Shown: one piece after another, positions 37,521 through 47,754 of the stretch
Numbering within the stretch: position 1 is the first letter of the stretch
Layout of the letters: every line of letters begins with the position of its first letter
Assembly: GCA_963826115.1 (NCBI GenBank)
Contig: CAWGVS010000006.1
Location: 672,001 to 736,000, forward strand
DNA: 64,000 bases
Direction of reading: 5' to 3'
Source: an uncultured Candidatus Rokubacteria bacterium
GTDB lineage: Bacteria > Methylomirabilota > Methylomirabilia > Rokubacteriales > DASRDR01
The notes under the pieces: generated by a model
The model's input: the letters and a program-made list of their open reading frames with translations, nothing else
Databases searched by the model: none
Told to the model about the DNA's origin: nothing
Translations under genes and position numbers: made by a program

Positions 37521-38804
37521 GTGGATCCAGATCGCAGATCCCGGTTGAGGGTCATTCTGGACATTTCGTGGCTCGGCTACGACGAAAACAGAGTGGGCCT
37601 CTGGCGGGCCATCGAGAGTCTGGCCGTTCGCCTGGCGCGGCATCCGGGCTGCGAAGTCCGCTTCTCCGCATGTCGATCGCGCAGCGTGGCGAACAAAGCG
37701 CAGCGCTATCTGAAAGATCATCCCTCCCTTGAACGAGCGTCGCTGATCGGCCGTGACAGGATCCAGGGCGTGCATCAGATGATGGAAAAGCGACTGGCGG
37801 CCATGAACGCCTCCACGTCACAGGACGTCGCGTTCCGCGCGTTGCGGAAAGCCGTGCGCTGGGGCGTGAGATCACTCGAGAAGGCGGAACTGTTGAAACG
37901 GGAGGATTTGAAAGGCACGGATATCTTCCATTCTCCGCATGACCCGCTGCCTGAAGTGACGCGCCGGGTGCCGGGCATGAAACGTGTCTTGACGGTCTAT
38001 GACCTGATCCCGATCCGTTATCCCCAGTACTGCGGCCCCAATGCGCCGGCGCGGATGCGCGCCATCCTGGACAGTCTGGACCCGGCGGACGGGATCATCT
38101 GTCATTCGGTTGCCACCCAGAAAGATGTGATGGCGTACCGTGAGGATATCCCGGCCGAGCGGATCTCGGTCATCCCGCTGGCCGCGGACCCCGTGTTCAA
38201 GCCGGCTTCGACCGAAGCGGCGCGGGCGGTCCGAAAGAAGTACCGCCTTCCGGAGGGGCCCTACGTCTTGACCGTGAGCCGCATCGAGCCGCGCAAGAAC
38301 CTCGATCTCGTGGTGCGTGCCTACAAGCGCCTCGTGGAGCAGCAGAAGTCCGGGGACCTGTCGCTGATCTTGTGTGGTTCTTCGCAGGACGACCGCTCGA
38401 AGCTGGACCGGGCCATTCAGGATTGCGGCGCCCTGGCCAAGCGCATCATTTCTCTCGGGCGTGTCCCGGATGAAGATCTGTCACCGCTCTACAGCGGTGC
38501 GCTGGTTTTCGTGTACCCGTCGTTTTGCGAAGGCTTCGGTCTGCCGCCGCTGGAAGCCATGCAGTGCGGGACCCCGGTGATCGTGTCCAACGCCACGTCG
38601 CTGCCCGAAGTGGTGGGAGACGCGGGCATTCTCGTGGATCCGACGGATGAAGATGGACTCTGCCGGGCCATGATGGGCCCTTGCCGGAATGAAGACGTGC
38701 GGCAGGAGATGTCGCGAAAATCTCTCGCCCGGGCCGGCCGGTTTCACTGGGACCGGATCGTGCACGACACCGTGGCGGTGTACGAGAAAGCCATGCGCTC
38801 TTGA
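37521..38804 (+). CDS. GT4 glycosyltransferase (mannosyltransferase-like)
   Basis: TVYDLIP, EPRKN, YPSFCEGFGLPPLEAM; lower GC than flanks. Confidence 0.92.
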   Translation: MDPDRRSRLRVILDISWLGYDENRVGLWRAIESLAVRLARHPGCEVRFSACRSRSVANKAQRYLKDHPSLERASLIGRDRIQGVHQMMEKRLAAMNASTSQDVAFRALRKAVRWGVRSLEKAELLKREDLKGTDIFHSPHDPLPEVTRRVPGMKRVLTVYDLIPIRYPQYCGPNAPARMRAILDSLDPADGIICHSVATQKDVMAYREDIPAERISVIPLAADPVFKPASTEAARAVRKKYRLPEGPYVLTVSRIEPRKNLDLVVRAYKRLVEQQKSGDLSLILCGSSQDDRSKLDRAIQDCGALAKRIISLGRVPDEDLSPLYSGALVFVYPSFCEGFGLPPLEAMQCGTPVIVSNATSLPEVVGDAGILVDPTDEDGLCRAMMGPCRNEDVRQEMSRKSLARAGRFHWDRIVHDTVAVYEKAMRS

Positions 38805-38885
38805 TGCGAGGGTAGTCGACACACGGCCCCGGGGCCGGCTGTCACCACTCGACCTGAGGGCGCTGCGCGGACCGCGAAATCCTAC

Positions 38886-39866
38886 ATGGCAGCCAGCTCA
38901 CCACCGGCGCGCGATCTATCCATCGTCATCGTCACCTACAACTCGCGTGCGGTGATCGAGCCGTGCCTGGCGTCCATCGCCGCCGCGGCCGGTCGGCTCG
39001 CGGTCGCGGTGACCGTGGTGGACAATGCCTCCACCGACGGAACGCCGGATCTGCTGGCCGACCGTGCCGAGCTGACGCTCGTGCGCAATCAGAAGAACCT
39101 AGGCTTTGCCGCCGCCTGCAACATTGGCATTCGGCTCGGTCGGGAGCGCGCCGTGCTCCTGCTGAATCCCGATACGATTGCCACGCCCACCGCCTTCGAG
39201 CGGCTCGTTGCCGGGCTCGACCGCTCTCCCGCCGTCGGCCTCGCGGGTCCGACCATCGTCAATCAGATGAACGGCACGCCGCGACCTCCCGTGTCCGCGG
39301 CGCCCACCCTGGGCTGGCTGTTCCGGCGCTTCACGGCGGCGAGGTATCTGCCGCATCGGCGATCGACGCCGGCCTGGCGAGCGGCTGCCGAGACGCCCCT
39401 CGGTGCGGGGTACCTCAATGGGGCGTGCCTCCTCGTGCGCCGCGAGATGTTCGAGCAGATCGGAGGACTCGACGAAGGCTATTTCATGTACTGGGAGGAC
39501 ATGGAGTACTCCCGACGCGCTCTCGCTCGGGGATGGAAGCTTCTCTGGACGTCTCCGGCAACCGTCTACCACGCCCGCGCGCGAGGCAGCGCGGACGTGG
39601 ACCCATGGTTCAGACACTGGCTCGGCCTCGTCGGGGCACGGCGCTACTTCACCCAGCCCGAGGCGACCATGACATTCCCGGTTGTGTGGCAGCTCTTCAA
39701 GCTCCTGCACCTGGCGACCGTCGTCATGACCTGCGTCGAGAGTGGAGCGAAGGCGTGCGTTCACACGATCGCGGGCAACCGGGAGCGGAGCGAGCGACAT
39801 CGCCGGCGATGGCGCGACGCATCGGCGTTCTTGAGGACGTACGCGGGCAAGCTGCTACGGCTCTGA
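38886..39866 (+). CDS. GT2 glycosyltransferase (WbbL-like)
   Basis: IVIVTYNS, VVDNASTDG, LLNPD, LDEGYFMYWED. Confidence 0.9.
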   Translation: MAASSPPARDLSIVIVTYNSRAVIEPCLASIAAAAGRLAVAVTVVDNASTDGTPDLLADRAELTLVRNQKNLGFAAACNIGIRLGRERAVLLLNPDTIATPTAFERLVAGLDRSPAVGLAGPTIVNQMNGTPRPPVSAAPTLGWLFRRFTAARYLPHRRSTPAWRAAAETPLGAGYLNGACLLVRREMFEQIGGLDEGYFMYWEDMEYSRRALARGWKLLWTSPATVYHARARGSADVDPWFRHWLGLVGARRYFTQPEATMTFPVVWQLFKLLHLATVVMTCVESGAKACVHTIAGNRERSERHRRRWRDASAFLRTYAGKLLRL

Positions 39867-39922
39867 GCCTCCGTCTTGGCACTGCGGGCCCGGAGGCGAG
39901 CGGGCCGTATACTGCCGGGAAC

Positions 39923-41682
39923 ATGATCGTCCTCGGGATCACCGAGACCCACTGCGCCACCGTGGCCGTCCTGATGGACGGGCGCGTCATCGGCTGCGCC
40001 TCCGAGGAGCGCTGGAGCCGGCTCAAGAACGACGCGGGCTATCCCCGGCGCGCGATCGATGGCCTCCTCCAGGAGCTCGGGATCGCGCCGGGCCAGATCG
40101 ACCTGGTGGCCCTCGCGGGTGCCGGCGCGCCGTCGCGCGAGTGGCAGAACCGCGTGCTCCACGACGAGGCCTACGCGAGGGAGTACTACGGCGTGTCCTG
40201 GCCGTCGCGTCGCCGAGCCCTCGAGAGGACGCTGCGCAAGTGGGGCGCCCGGTACGGGCTCGTGCGCGCCTCGCGGGGCAAGTTCGGCCTCTCCGAGCGC
40301 GAGCGGCTCGACGCGGTCACCGAGCACCTGGGCGTCGCGCCCGAGCGCATCGTGTGCCTCGACCACCACAGCTGTCACGCCGCGGCCGCCTACTGGGGGT
40401 CGGGCTTCGAGGGCCGGGAGGCGCTGGTCCTCACCAACGACAACTCCGGCGACGGGCTCTGCGCGACCGCCTCGACGGGCCGGGGGCTCGCGCTCGAGCG
40501 CCACGAGGGGAGCCCGAGCGCGCCCGGATCGCTGGGGTCCTTCTACTCGTGGGCGACGCTCGCGCTCGGGATGAAGTTCGGCGAGGACGAGCACAAGGTG
40601 ATGGGCCTGGCCCCGTACGCGCCGGACCGGTACGCGGCGCGGGCGGAGGCTGCGCTCCGCGCAGCTCTTCGATCTGGACGAAGGGCGGCCGGCGCGCTTC
40701 CGGTGGCGCACGCCGGGGGCGCGCTACCCGGCCTTCCTGCGAGCCCTGGTGGGGCTGCGCTTCGACGGCGTCGCGGCCGGCGCGCAGCGCCTCCTCGAGG
40801 ACGTCCTCCTGCGGTGGAGCCGGCTGATGCACCGGCGCTACGGCGGCGGACGCCTCGCCCTGGGCGGCGGTGTCTTCATGAACGTCAAGGCCAACATGCG
40901 GATCGGCCAGGAGGACTGGGTGGACGAGCTCTTCGTCTTCCCGTCCTGCGGCGACGAGTCGAACGCGGTGGGCGCCGCGTACCTCGGCTACGTGCGGGAG
41001 TGCGCGCGCCGGGGCGTGCCGGCCGTCCCGCAGCCCTTCGGGCCCGCCTACCTCGGGTCCTCGGTGACGGACGAGGAGGCGGAGGGCGTGGTCCGCGAGC
41101 GGCGGCTCGAGGGCCGGTACGAGGTGGCCTTCCACGAGCGCATCGAGGAGCGCATCGCGGAGCTGCTGATCTCGGACGGGGTGGTGGCCCGCTGCGCGGG
41201 ACGGATGGAGTTCGGGGCCCGCGCGCTGGGCAACCGGTCGATCCTGGCCAACCCATCCGACCATCGCGTGGTGGGGCTGATCAACCGGATGATCAAGAAC
41301 CGCGACTTCTGGATGCCCTTCGCCCCGACGGTGCTCGCGGAGCGGGCGCGGCGACTACCTGGTCAATCCGAAGGGCTTCGCCTCGCCCTACATGATGCTG
41401 GCCATGCCGACGCGCCCCGAGGCCCGGGACGCCATCATCGCGGCGCTCCACCCCCAGGACGCCACCGCGCGCCCGCAGATCCTCGAGCGCGACTGGAATC
41501 CGGAGTACCACGCGGTGATCCGGGAGTTCGAGCGGCGCACCGGGGTGGGGGCGGTGCTGAACACGTCGTTCAACCTCCATGGCGAGCCCATCGTCCGCTC
41601 GGCCGCGGACGCGGTGGACACGTTCGAGCGCTCGGGCCTGCCCCACCTGGCCGTCGGCCGCTGGCTCATCTCCAAGAAGTGA
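39923..41682 (+). CDS. NodU/CmcH-family carbamoyltransferase; frameshifts near 40662 and 41350
   Basis: EERWSRLKN, HHSCHAAAA, EHKVMGLAPY, EFGARALGNRSIL, LNTSFNLHGEP. Confidence 0.9.
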
Positions 41683-41686
41683 CCCG

Positions 41687-42508
41687 TCACGGCCCCCGGC
41701 GCTGACGCTCCCGCGCGGCGAACCACGGCCGCATGCGCGGGAGGTCCGGCGCCTCGAGCGGCTTGGTCCCGGCGTAGTGCAGGAGCCGCACGTCGGTCTC
41801 GTCGCCGCGCCAGAAGAACTCCGCGTGGTAGTTGAAGCGGTGGTCCAGGCAGTACACCGGGCGCCCGCGGAGAAAGCGGTTCACGACGTCCTGGTCGGCG
41901 AACTGACCGCTGGGGTAGCGGGCGAGCCGCCGCTGCGTCGCATCGTTCAGGTACCGCGGCCCGATCGCGAGGACGCCGGTGTTGATGCTGAGGCTCCGGC
42001 CGAAAATTCCCGCGCGGGCCTCCTTCGCGGCGCGATCCGACCCCGTGGGGCACCCGGCCAGATCCACGTCGAGCGTGAAGAGATCCGTCAGGTCGCCCAG
42101 GCAGACCATGTCGGCGTCGAGGAAGACGACCCGATCGGCGTCGCGAATGCCGAAGGCCTCCAGCGTCAGCAGCGCGGGCATCAGGCGCGGCGGCGTCTCC
42201 GGGCGATACCGCTCGTAGGCGGCGCCGTCGACGCTCACGAGCGTCGTGCCCGGATGCGCCTGCCGCACGCGCTCCTGGTTCTCGAGCGAGAGCGGCGCGA
42301 GCTGCGGGCTCCAGAACACCCGAAGCGGGAGGCCGGCGAACCAGGGGTTGTGTCGGTGGATCGAGTCCAGCAGGACGACGACGTAGTCCGTGAACGCGTC
42401 GCTGGCCACGGTCGCGACCACGCAGCGGTCGCTCCCGAGGGCGCGGCGCCCGGGACGTCTCGGCCGCCGGACGGCCCGCTGCCAGAGGCCTCCGAGGCCC
42501 TCGACCAT
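41687..42508 (-). CDS. GT8 glycosyltransferase
   Basis: VVFLDADM, INTGVL, ADQDVVN, LLHYAGTKP. Confidence 0.85.
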   Translation of the reverse strand: MVEGLGGLWQRAVRRPRRPGRRALGSDRCVVATVASDAFTDYVVVLLDSIHRHNPWFAGLPLRVFWSPQLAPLSLENQERVRQAHPGTTLVSVDGAAYERYRPETPPRLMPALLTLEAFGIRDADRVVFLDADMVCLGDLTDLFTLDVDLAGCPTGSDRAAKEARAGIFGRSLSINTGVLAIGPRYLNDATQRRLARYPSGQFADQDVVNRFLRGRPVYCLDHRFNYHAEFFWRGDETDVRLLHYAGTKPLEAPDLPRMRPWFAARERQRRGP

Positions 42509-42537
42509 CCGGCCTAGAACCGAGGGGAGAGCCGACC

Positions 42538-42828
42538 TCACGGGGTGGGCGAGGGGCACGTGACGAGTTGGTGCGGCTGCAGACCGGCGACTATCCCGAC
42601 GGCGAGCAGGTGTGCGCCCGCCGGCGTGTGATGGATATCGTCGGGCCAGAAGAGAGGCGTGCCGCGTTCGGCGTGTTCGCCGAAGAGGTGGAGCACGTCG
42701 ACGACCGGGAAGCCTACGCGACGGCCGAGAGCCTCCAGGACGTGCAAGGGACGCTCCGAATCGTAGCGCAGCCCTAGGCCGCTGCCGATTCCGCCAGGCC
42801 GAACCACGGACTCCTTGACAAACTCCAT
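42538..42828 (-). pseudogene. C-terminal fragment of an SGNH/GDSL hydrolase
   Basis: VVDVLHLF...LFWPDDIHHTPAGAHLLA (block V DxxH); no N-terminal GDS motif. Confidence 0.5.
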
Positions 42829-42930
42829 TGGCCGCCGCCAGTGTAGGACAGCTTGCTCCAGCGCGCCGCACGAGGGCTCGCCATCGGGGCGCGGAGCTCA
42901 CGACCGGCCACACGGGAGCGACCCTCCGGC

Positions 42931-44088
42931 GTGGCGATCGACGATGGGCTCCGCCGCTTCGGCGCCGTGCCATCGGTCGCCGAGCTTCGGCCGACCCGCA
43001 TCCTCCTCCACCTCCCCAACCCGCTCGGCGACGCGGTCATGGCCGAGCCCGCGGCGCGCGCCATCGCCGCCCGCTTCCCGGAGGCCCAGGTTGGGGTCCT
43101 CGTCTCGGCGCCCATCGCCGCGCTCGCGGAGACCTGGTCGTTCGTGGACGAGATCTGGACGGTCGCCACCGGCGGGCGAGCTCGCGAGCGCCTCGACGCG
43201 CTCCGGCTCGGCTGGCGGCTCCGGGGCCGGCGCTACGACCTGGCCGTCCTGTTCCCGAACTCCCTGCGCGCGGCGCGGCTTGCGATCGGGAGTCGCGCGG
43301 CCCGCGTTCTCGGCTATTCCGGCCACGATCGCGAACACCTGCTCACCGACCGGATCCCGGCCCCGGTCGCTCCGTTCGAGACCCACATGGTGGTGTTCTA
43401 CTGGGGTCTCGCGGCGGCGCTCGGCTGTGGCCCAGTCCCCCGGAAGACCGAGCTCGACGCGGCCGGCCCGGGGGAGACGCGGACGATCCTGGCCGGGGAT
43501 CCCCGGTCGGCGCCCCGAATCCGTCCGACGCCGGCGATGCATGCCGCCGCCCGCGACCTGCTCGGCCGCAGGGGGATCCGCGACGCGCCGTTCATCGCGA
43601 TCGCGCCGGGTGCGGCCTTCGTGGGCGCCCGGTGCTGGCCGGCCGAGCGCTACGGCGAGCTCTGTCGCCGGCTCGCGGGAGAGCTCGGCTGGCCGTGCGT
43701 GCTGCTCGGACGGCGTGACGAGCGAGTCCTGGGCGCCGCGGTTCACGCGGCGGCCGGCACCGCCAGCACGGTCGACCTGACGGGACACGCCGACGTGGGG
43801 ATGCTGCTCGGGATCCTGGCCCGCGCGAGCCTGTTCGTGGGGAACGATTCCGGGGCGGCCCACGTGGCCGCGGCGCTGGGGCTCCCCGGGGTGGCCATCT
43901 TCGGATCGACGAGCGACCGGCGCACCGGCCCCGTCGGCTGCGGGATTCGTGTCGTCCAGCGGCAGGTCCCGTGTGCGCCGTGCTTCCAGGCGTCGTGCCC
44001 GCTGGGGCATCTGGACTGCCTGCGAGGACTGCCCGTCGACCCGGTGGCCGAGGCGGCCCACCGGGCGCTCCGGGACCGGCTCGCATGA
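42931..44088 (+). CDS. waaF: LPS heptosyltransferase II (GT9)
   Basis: PNPLGDAVM, LFPNSLRAA, APGAAF...WP, GNDSGAAHVAAA, CAPCFQASCPLGHLDCL; start uncertain. Confidence 0.82.
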   Translation: MAIDDGLRRFGAVPSVAELRPTRILLHLPNPLGDAVMAEPAARAIAARFPEAQVGVLVSAPIAALAETWSFVDEIWTVATGGRARERLDALRLGWRLRGRRYDLAVLFPNSLRAARLAIGSRAARVLGYSGHDREHLLTDRIPAPVAPFETHMVVFYWGLAAALGCGPVPRKTELDAAGPGETRTILAGDPRSAPRIRPTPAMHAAARDLLGRRGIRDAPFIAIAPGAAFVGARCWPAERYGELCRRLAGELGWPCVLLGRRDERVLGAAVHAAAGTASTVDLTGHADVGMLLGILARASLFVGNDSGAAHVAAALGLPGVAIFGSTSDRRTGPVGCGIRVVQRQVPCAPCFQASCPLGHLDCLRGLPVDPVAEAAHRALRDRLA

Positions 44089-45398
44089 TGAGCACGGAGA
44101 AGACGCCGCACATCTGGGCGCATGGCGAGACTATCGCGGAGTTCACGCGGGCGTGGCCGCTCCTGACGGCGCTGTGCGAGCGGTACACGCGGTACCGGCT
44201 GCTCCTGACGGCGCGGGACGCCGACACACGCCGCCGCCTCCGGGCAGAGTTCCCCGACGCGACGGTTGAGCCGCCCCCACCCGCCGTCGACCGGCAGGTA
44301 CGGCAGGCGGTGGCGCGGCTCCGACCGCATGCGCTGCTGCTCCTCGAGCATCCCCACGATCTCGGACGCGCGGTCTTCGACCGGGCACGCTGGTGGCGGT
44401 TCCCGATCGTCCTGCTCGAGCCGGGGGACGCCGCGCTGTCCATGGCCAAGGCGGACGTGCTCGCCGTGATCGACCATTTCATCGTCCAGGACGACCGCGC
44501 GGGGGAGGCCCTCCACGCTCGTGGTATCGCGCCGGATCGCATCACCATGACGGGCACGGTCGCGCAGCCTCGCTCGTGGCCGCGCGGCGACGTCGGTGCC
44601 GATCCGGGGACGCCGCCCACGCTGGCCGCACTGGTCTCGGCCCTCGGCCGCGACTGGGCGGCGCTCGGAACGCCGGGGCCGCGCGGCCCGGCCGGCTGGG
44701 GATCGCGTCTCGCCGAGAGCTGGCCCGGCCGGCTCGCGCTCGGTTTCGGGGCGCACCGGATCGACTCGCTCGCGGCGCTCCGCCGCACGCTCGGAACGTG
44801 CGACACGATCCTGTGTCTCGGGAACGGGCCCTCCTCCGAGGAGCCTCAGGTCCGTGACGTCCGGTTCGACGTGCTCTTCCGTGTGAACTGTCGGTGGAGG
44901 GATCGCGGGGGCCCGGACCGGCCGCAGGTCGTCTTCACCGGGGATTCGAGCTGCCTGCGGGCGGTCCCGGATGCGATTTTGGCGTTCCGCACCGTCGAGG
45001 AGGAGCGACGACTGCTCGCGCGCCGTCTTCTCGGCGGTGCGTGGCGGCCGCTCTCCTACGTGACCGTGGAGCGTCTTCCCGTCTCCATGGTCGAGCGACG
45101 TTGGCCCGCACGCCCGACGAACGGGGCCGCCATGGTGGCGACGGCGGCCGCGCTGACGCCCCGGCGCCTCGTCATCGCCGGCATCGACCTCTTTCAGCAT
45201 CCGGACGGGGCGTACCCCGGGGACGTCCTGACTCCGAACGACTACCTGTTGATGCACGACCGCGCCACGGAGCTGGCGATCATCGATCTCGCACTGCGGC
45301 GGTTCACTGGGGAGGTGGTCCTTCTGTCAGAACCGCTACGCCACGCGCTCGAGGCCCGACGCGCCGCATCGCCGGTCGGAGCGGGGGCCCCGTCGTGA
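44085..45398 (+). CDS. Chimeric protein: WaaA(KdtA)-like N-terminal domain plus GT42/Cst-like domain
   Basis: IWAHGETIAE...LLLT...RLRP..LLLLE, then LGNGPSS..FRVN..PTNG..AAAL...LVIAGIDLF. Confidence 0.7.
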   Translation: MMSTEKTPHIWAHGETIAEFTRAWPLLTALCERYTRYRLLLTARDADTRRRLRAEFPDATVEPPPPAVDRQVRQAVARLRPHALLLLEHPHDLGRAVFDRARWWRFPIVLLEPGDAALSMAKADVLAVIDHFIVQDDRAGEALHARGIAPDRITMTGTVAQPRSWPRGDVGADPGTPPTLAALVSALGRDWAALGTPGPRGPAGWGSRLAESWPGRLALGFGAHRIDSLAALRRTLGTCDTILCLGNGPSSEEPQVRDVRFDVLFRVNCRWRDRGGPDRPQVVFTGDSSCLRAVPDAILAFRTVEEERRLLARRLLGGAWRPLSYVTVERLPVSMVERRWPARPTNGAAMVATAAALTPRRLVIAGIDLFQHPDGAYPGDVLTPNDYLLMHDRATELAIIDLALRRFTGEVVLLSEPLRHALEARRAASPVGAGAPS

Positions 45399-46456
45399 TG
45401 TCCCTCTCCGCGGCGAGTGTCCGGCGGGTCCTCGTCGTCAAGCTGTCGTCGATGGGCGACATCGTCCACGTCACGCCGTGTCTTCGGGCCCTGCGCCGCG
45501 CCTACCCGGCGGCGAGCATCGCGATGGCGGTCGAGCGGCGCTTCGCTCCGCTCGTGCGGCACAGCCCACACCTCGACGAGATCATCGAGGTCGACGGCGG
45601 CAGGGGGAGGTTGGCCGCGTGGCTGGAGCCGTGGCGGTATCTTGCCGGGCGTCGTCGACCCCGGTTCGATCTCGCGATCGACTTCCAGGGGACGCACCGG
45701 AGCGCCGCCTGGATCTACGCGAGCGGGGCCCGGGTGCGCGCCGGCCGGCGCCGAGGCGCCGGACGAGAATGGCGACCGGGCTGGCACCGGGTCGTCTCGC
45801 CGGCGTCGGGCCGCCACGCCGTGCGCGTCTGCGCCGACGTGGCCGCGAGCGTCGGGGTCTCCGTCGTGGATTTGGATCCCGAGCTCCGCGTGCCGCGCGA
45901 TGCGGAGGCGCGGCTCGACGCGAGGCTCGCGGCGGCGGGCCTGCCGGCCTCCGGATTCGTTCTGGTCAACCCGTTCACGCGCTGGCCGTCGAAGTCCTGG
46001 CCGATGGACCTCTACCGAGTGCTGCTGGCCCGGCTGGCCGAGGTCGTTCGCGCGCCGATCGTCCTCCACGCCGGTCCTGGTGAGGAAGCGGGGCTCGAGG
46101 CCCTGGCGGACGGCGTCGGTCCGCGCGGTCGTGCCGCGGCGATCGTCCCCGCGCCCCCGCTCGACGAGGCGCTCGCGCTCTTCCGCCGGGCCCGGCTCAT
46201 GGTGACCGGGGACACGGGGCCGATGCACTGCGCGGCCGCCCTGGGCACTCCCGTCGTGGCGCTGTTCGGGCCGACCTGGCCGGAGTGTACGGGGCCATGG
46301 GGGGGCGGCCATCGCATCGTCCAGGCGTCACGGCCCGCGACACCCGACACCTACCGCACCGACGCCGCTCGCGCCCACATCCGCGCCATCGACGTCCCGA
46401 CCGTCTACCGCCAGATCGTCGAAGCCCTGCAGGAGCCGGGGGGGCGGCCGCGCTGA
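45398..46456 (+). CDS. GT9 heptosyltransferase (WaaC-like)
   Basis: LVVKLSSMGDIVH, IDFQG, SKSWP, GDTGPMHCAAALG. Confidence 0.88.
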   Translation: MSLSAASVRRVLVVKLSSMGDIVHVTPCLRALRRAYPAASIAMAVERRFAPLVRHSPHLDEIIEVDGGRGRLAAWLEPWRYLAGRRRPRFDLAIDFQGTHRSAAWIYASGARVRAGRRRGAGREWRPGWHRVVSPASGRHAVRVCADVAASVGVSVVDLDPELRVPRDAEARLDARLAAAGLPASGFVLVNPFTRWPSKSWPMDLYRVLLARLAEVVRAPIVLHAGPGEEAGLEALADGVGPRGRAAAIVPAPPLDEALALFRRARLMVTGDTGPMHCAAALGTPVVALFGPTWPECTGPWGGGHRIVQASRPATPDTYRTDAARAHIRAIDVPTVYRQIVEALQEPGGRPR

Positions 46457-46458
46457 CG

Positions 46459-47655
46459 ATGGAAGCGACCGGAAAGATGCACGACCGCATGGACCAGCTC
46501 GCGTCTGCTCACGGCCCTGCCGCGCCGGCTCGCCGGGAGGGGCCAGCGGGAGGTCCGCTGGGCGTCCTCCATGTCATCACCACCCTGGACGTGGGGGGCG
46601 CCGAGCGGATGCTGGTGTCGCTGGTCACGCGGAGTCCGCGGACGCGGTTCGACCACCACGTCGTGAGCCTCGTCCCGGGCGGCTACTACGTCCCGACGCT
46701 GCGCGCCGCCGGCATCCGGGTGACGGAGATTCCGTTGGGCCCTCGTCCGCCTCGGCCGCTCGCCATTCTCACGCTGGCCAGGCTCATCCGGCGCACGCGC
46801 CCCCGCATCGTCCAGGGCTGGCTCTACCACGGCGACCTGGCTGCGACCCTCGGCCTCGCCCTGTCGGGGCGCCGGGGAACGACGCGGCTCGCCTGGGGCA
46901 TCCAGTGCTCGAACCTGAACATCCGCCTGTATCGCCCCCAGCTCGCCCTGGCCATCCGGGCCTGCGCCGCGCTGTCGAAGCTGCCCGACGTGGTGGTGAG
47001 CAACTCGGATGCGGGGCTCGCAAGGCACCGCGCGCTCGGGTACCGTCCGGCGCGCACCTGCGTCATCCATCCCGGGATCGACACCGAGCGGTTTCGGCCG
47101 CGCCCCGCGGCAGGTCGCACGGTGCGCCAGGAGCTCGGCATCTCGCCCAACGCGCCGATCCTGGCGCACGTCGCTCGCCGCGATCCGATGAAGGACCACG
47201 CGTGCCTGCTCGCCACGCTGGACTGCCTGCCGGCCGTCCACGCGCTCGCCATCGGCGCGGGGACCGAGACGTTGCCCGACCGGCCCGGGCTCCACCGGCT
47301 CGGACGACGAGCCGACGTCGAGCGGCTCCTCGTTGCGTGCGACGTGTCGGTCTCGAGCTCGGCCTTCGGCGAGGGCTTCTCGAACAGCATCGCCGAGAGC
47401 ATGGCGACCGGCGTGCCCGTCGTGACGACCGACGTCGGCGACGCCCGGGTCGTCGTCGGCGACGCGGGCCATGTCGTCCCGGTCCGGGCGCCCGACCACC
47501 TCGCCGCCGCCGTCCAGCAGCTTCTCGACGAGCCCCCACCGGCGCACCGGGCCCGTGGCGATCGCGCCCGCGCCCGCATCGTCGCCCAGTTCGACCTTCG
47601 CCGGATGGTCGATCGGTACACGGACCTCTACACCACGCTGGCCGGGGGCGATTGA
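46459..47655 (+). CDS. GT4 glycosyltransferase
   Basis: HVITTLDVGGAE, PMKDH, EGFSNSIAESMA..VTTDVGD. Confidence 0.9.
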   Translation: MEATGKMHDRMDQLASAHGPAAPARREGPAGGPLGVLHVITTLDVGGAERMLVSLVTRSPRTRFDHHVVSLVPGGYYVPTLRAAGIRVTEIPLGPRPPRPLAILTLARLIRRTRPRIVQGWLYHGDLAATLGLALSGRRGTTRLAWGIQCSNLNIRLYRPQLALAIRACAALSKLPDVVVSNSDAGLARHRALGYRPARTCVIHPGIDTERFRPRPAAGRTVRQELGISPNAPILAHVARRDPMKDHACLLATLDCLPAVHALAIGAGTETLPDRPGLHRLGRRADVERLLVACDVSVSSSAFGEGFSNSIAESMATGVPVVTTDVGDARVVVGDAGHVVPVRAPDHLAAAVQQLLDEPPPAHRARGDRARARIVAQFDLRRMVDRYTDLYTTLAGGD

Positions 47656-47754
47656 TCGGCGGTGCGGGTCAGCGTCGGCACGCGTGTCGAGCGACTTGCG
47701 TCTGCCGCCCGGGCGACGCTCGAGCGCGTCCTGCGCGCCGCGGCCGATCAGGTG

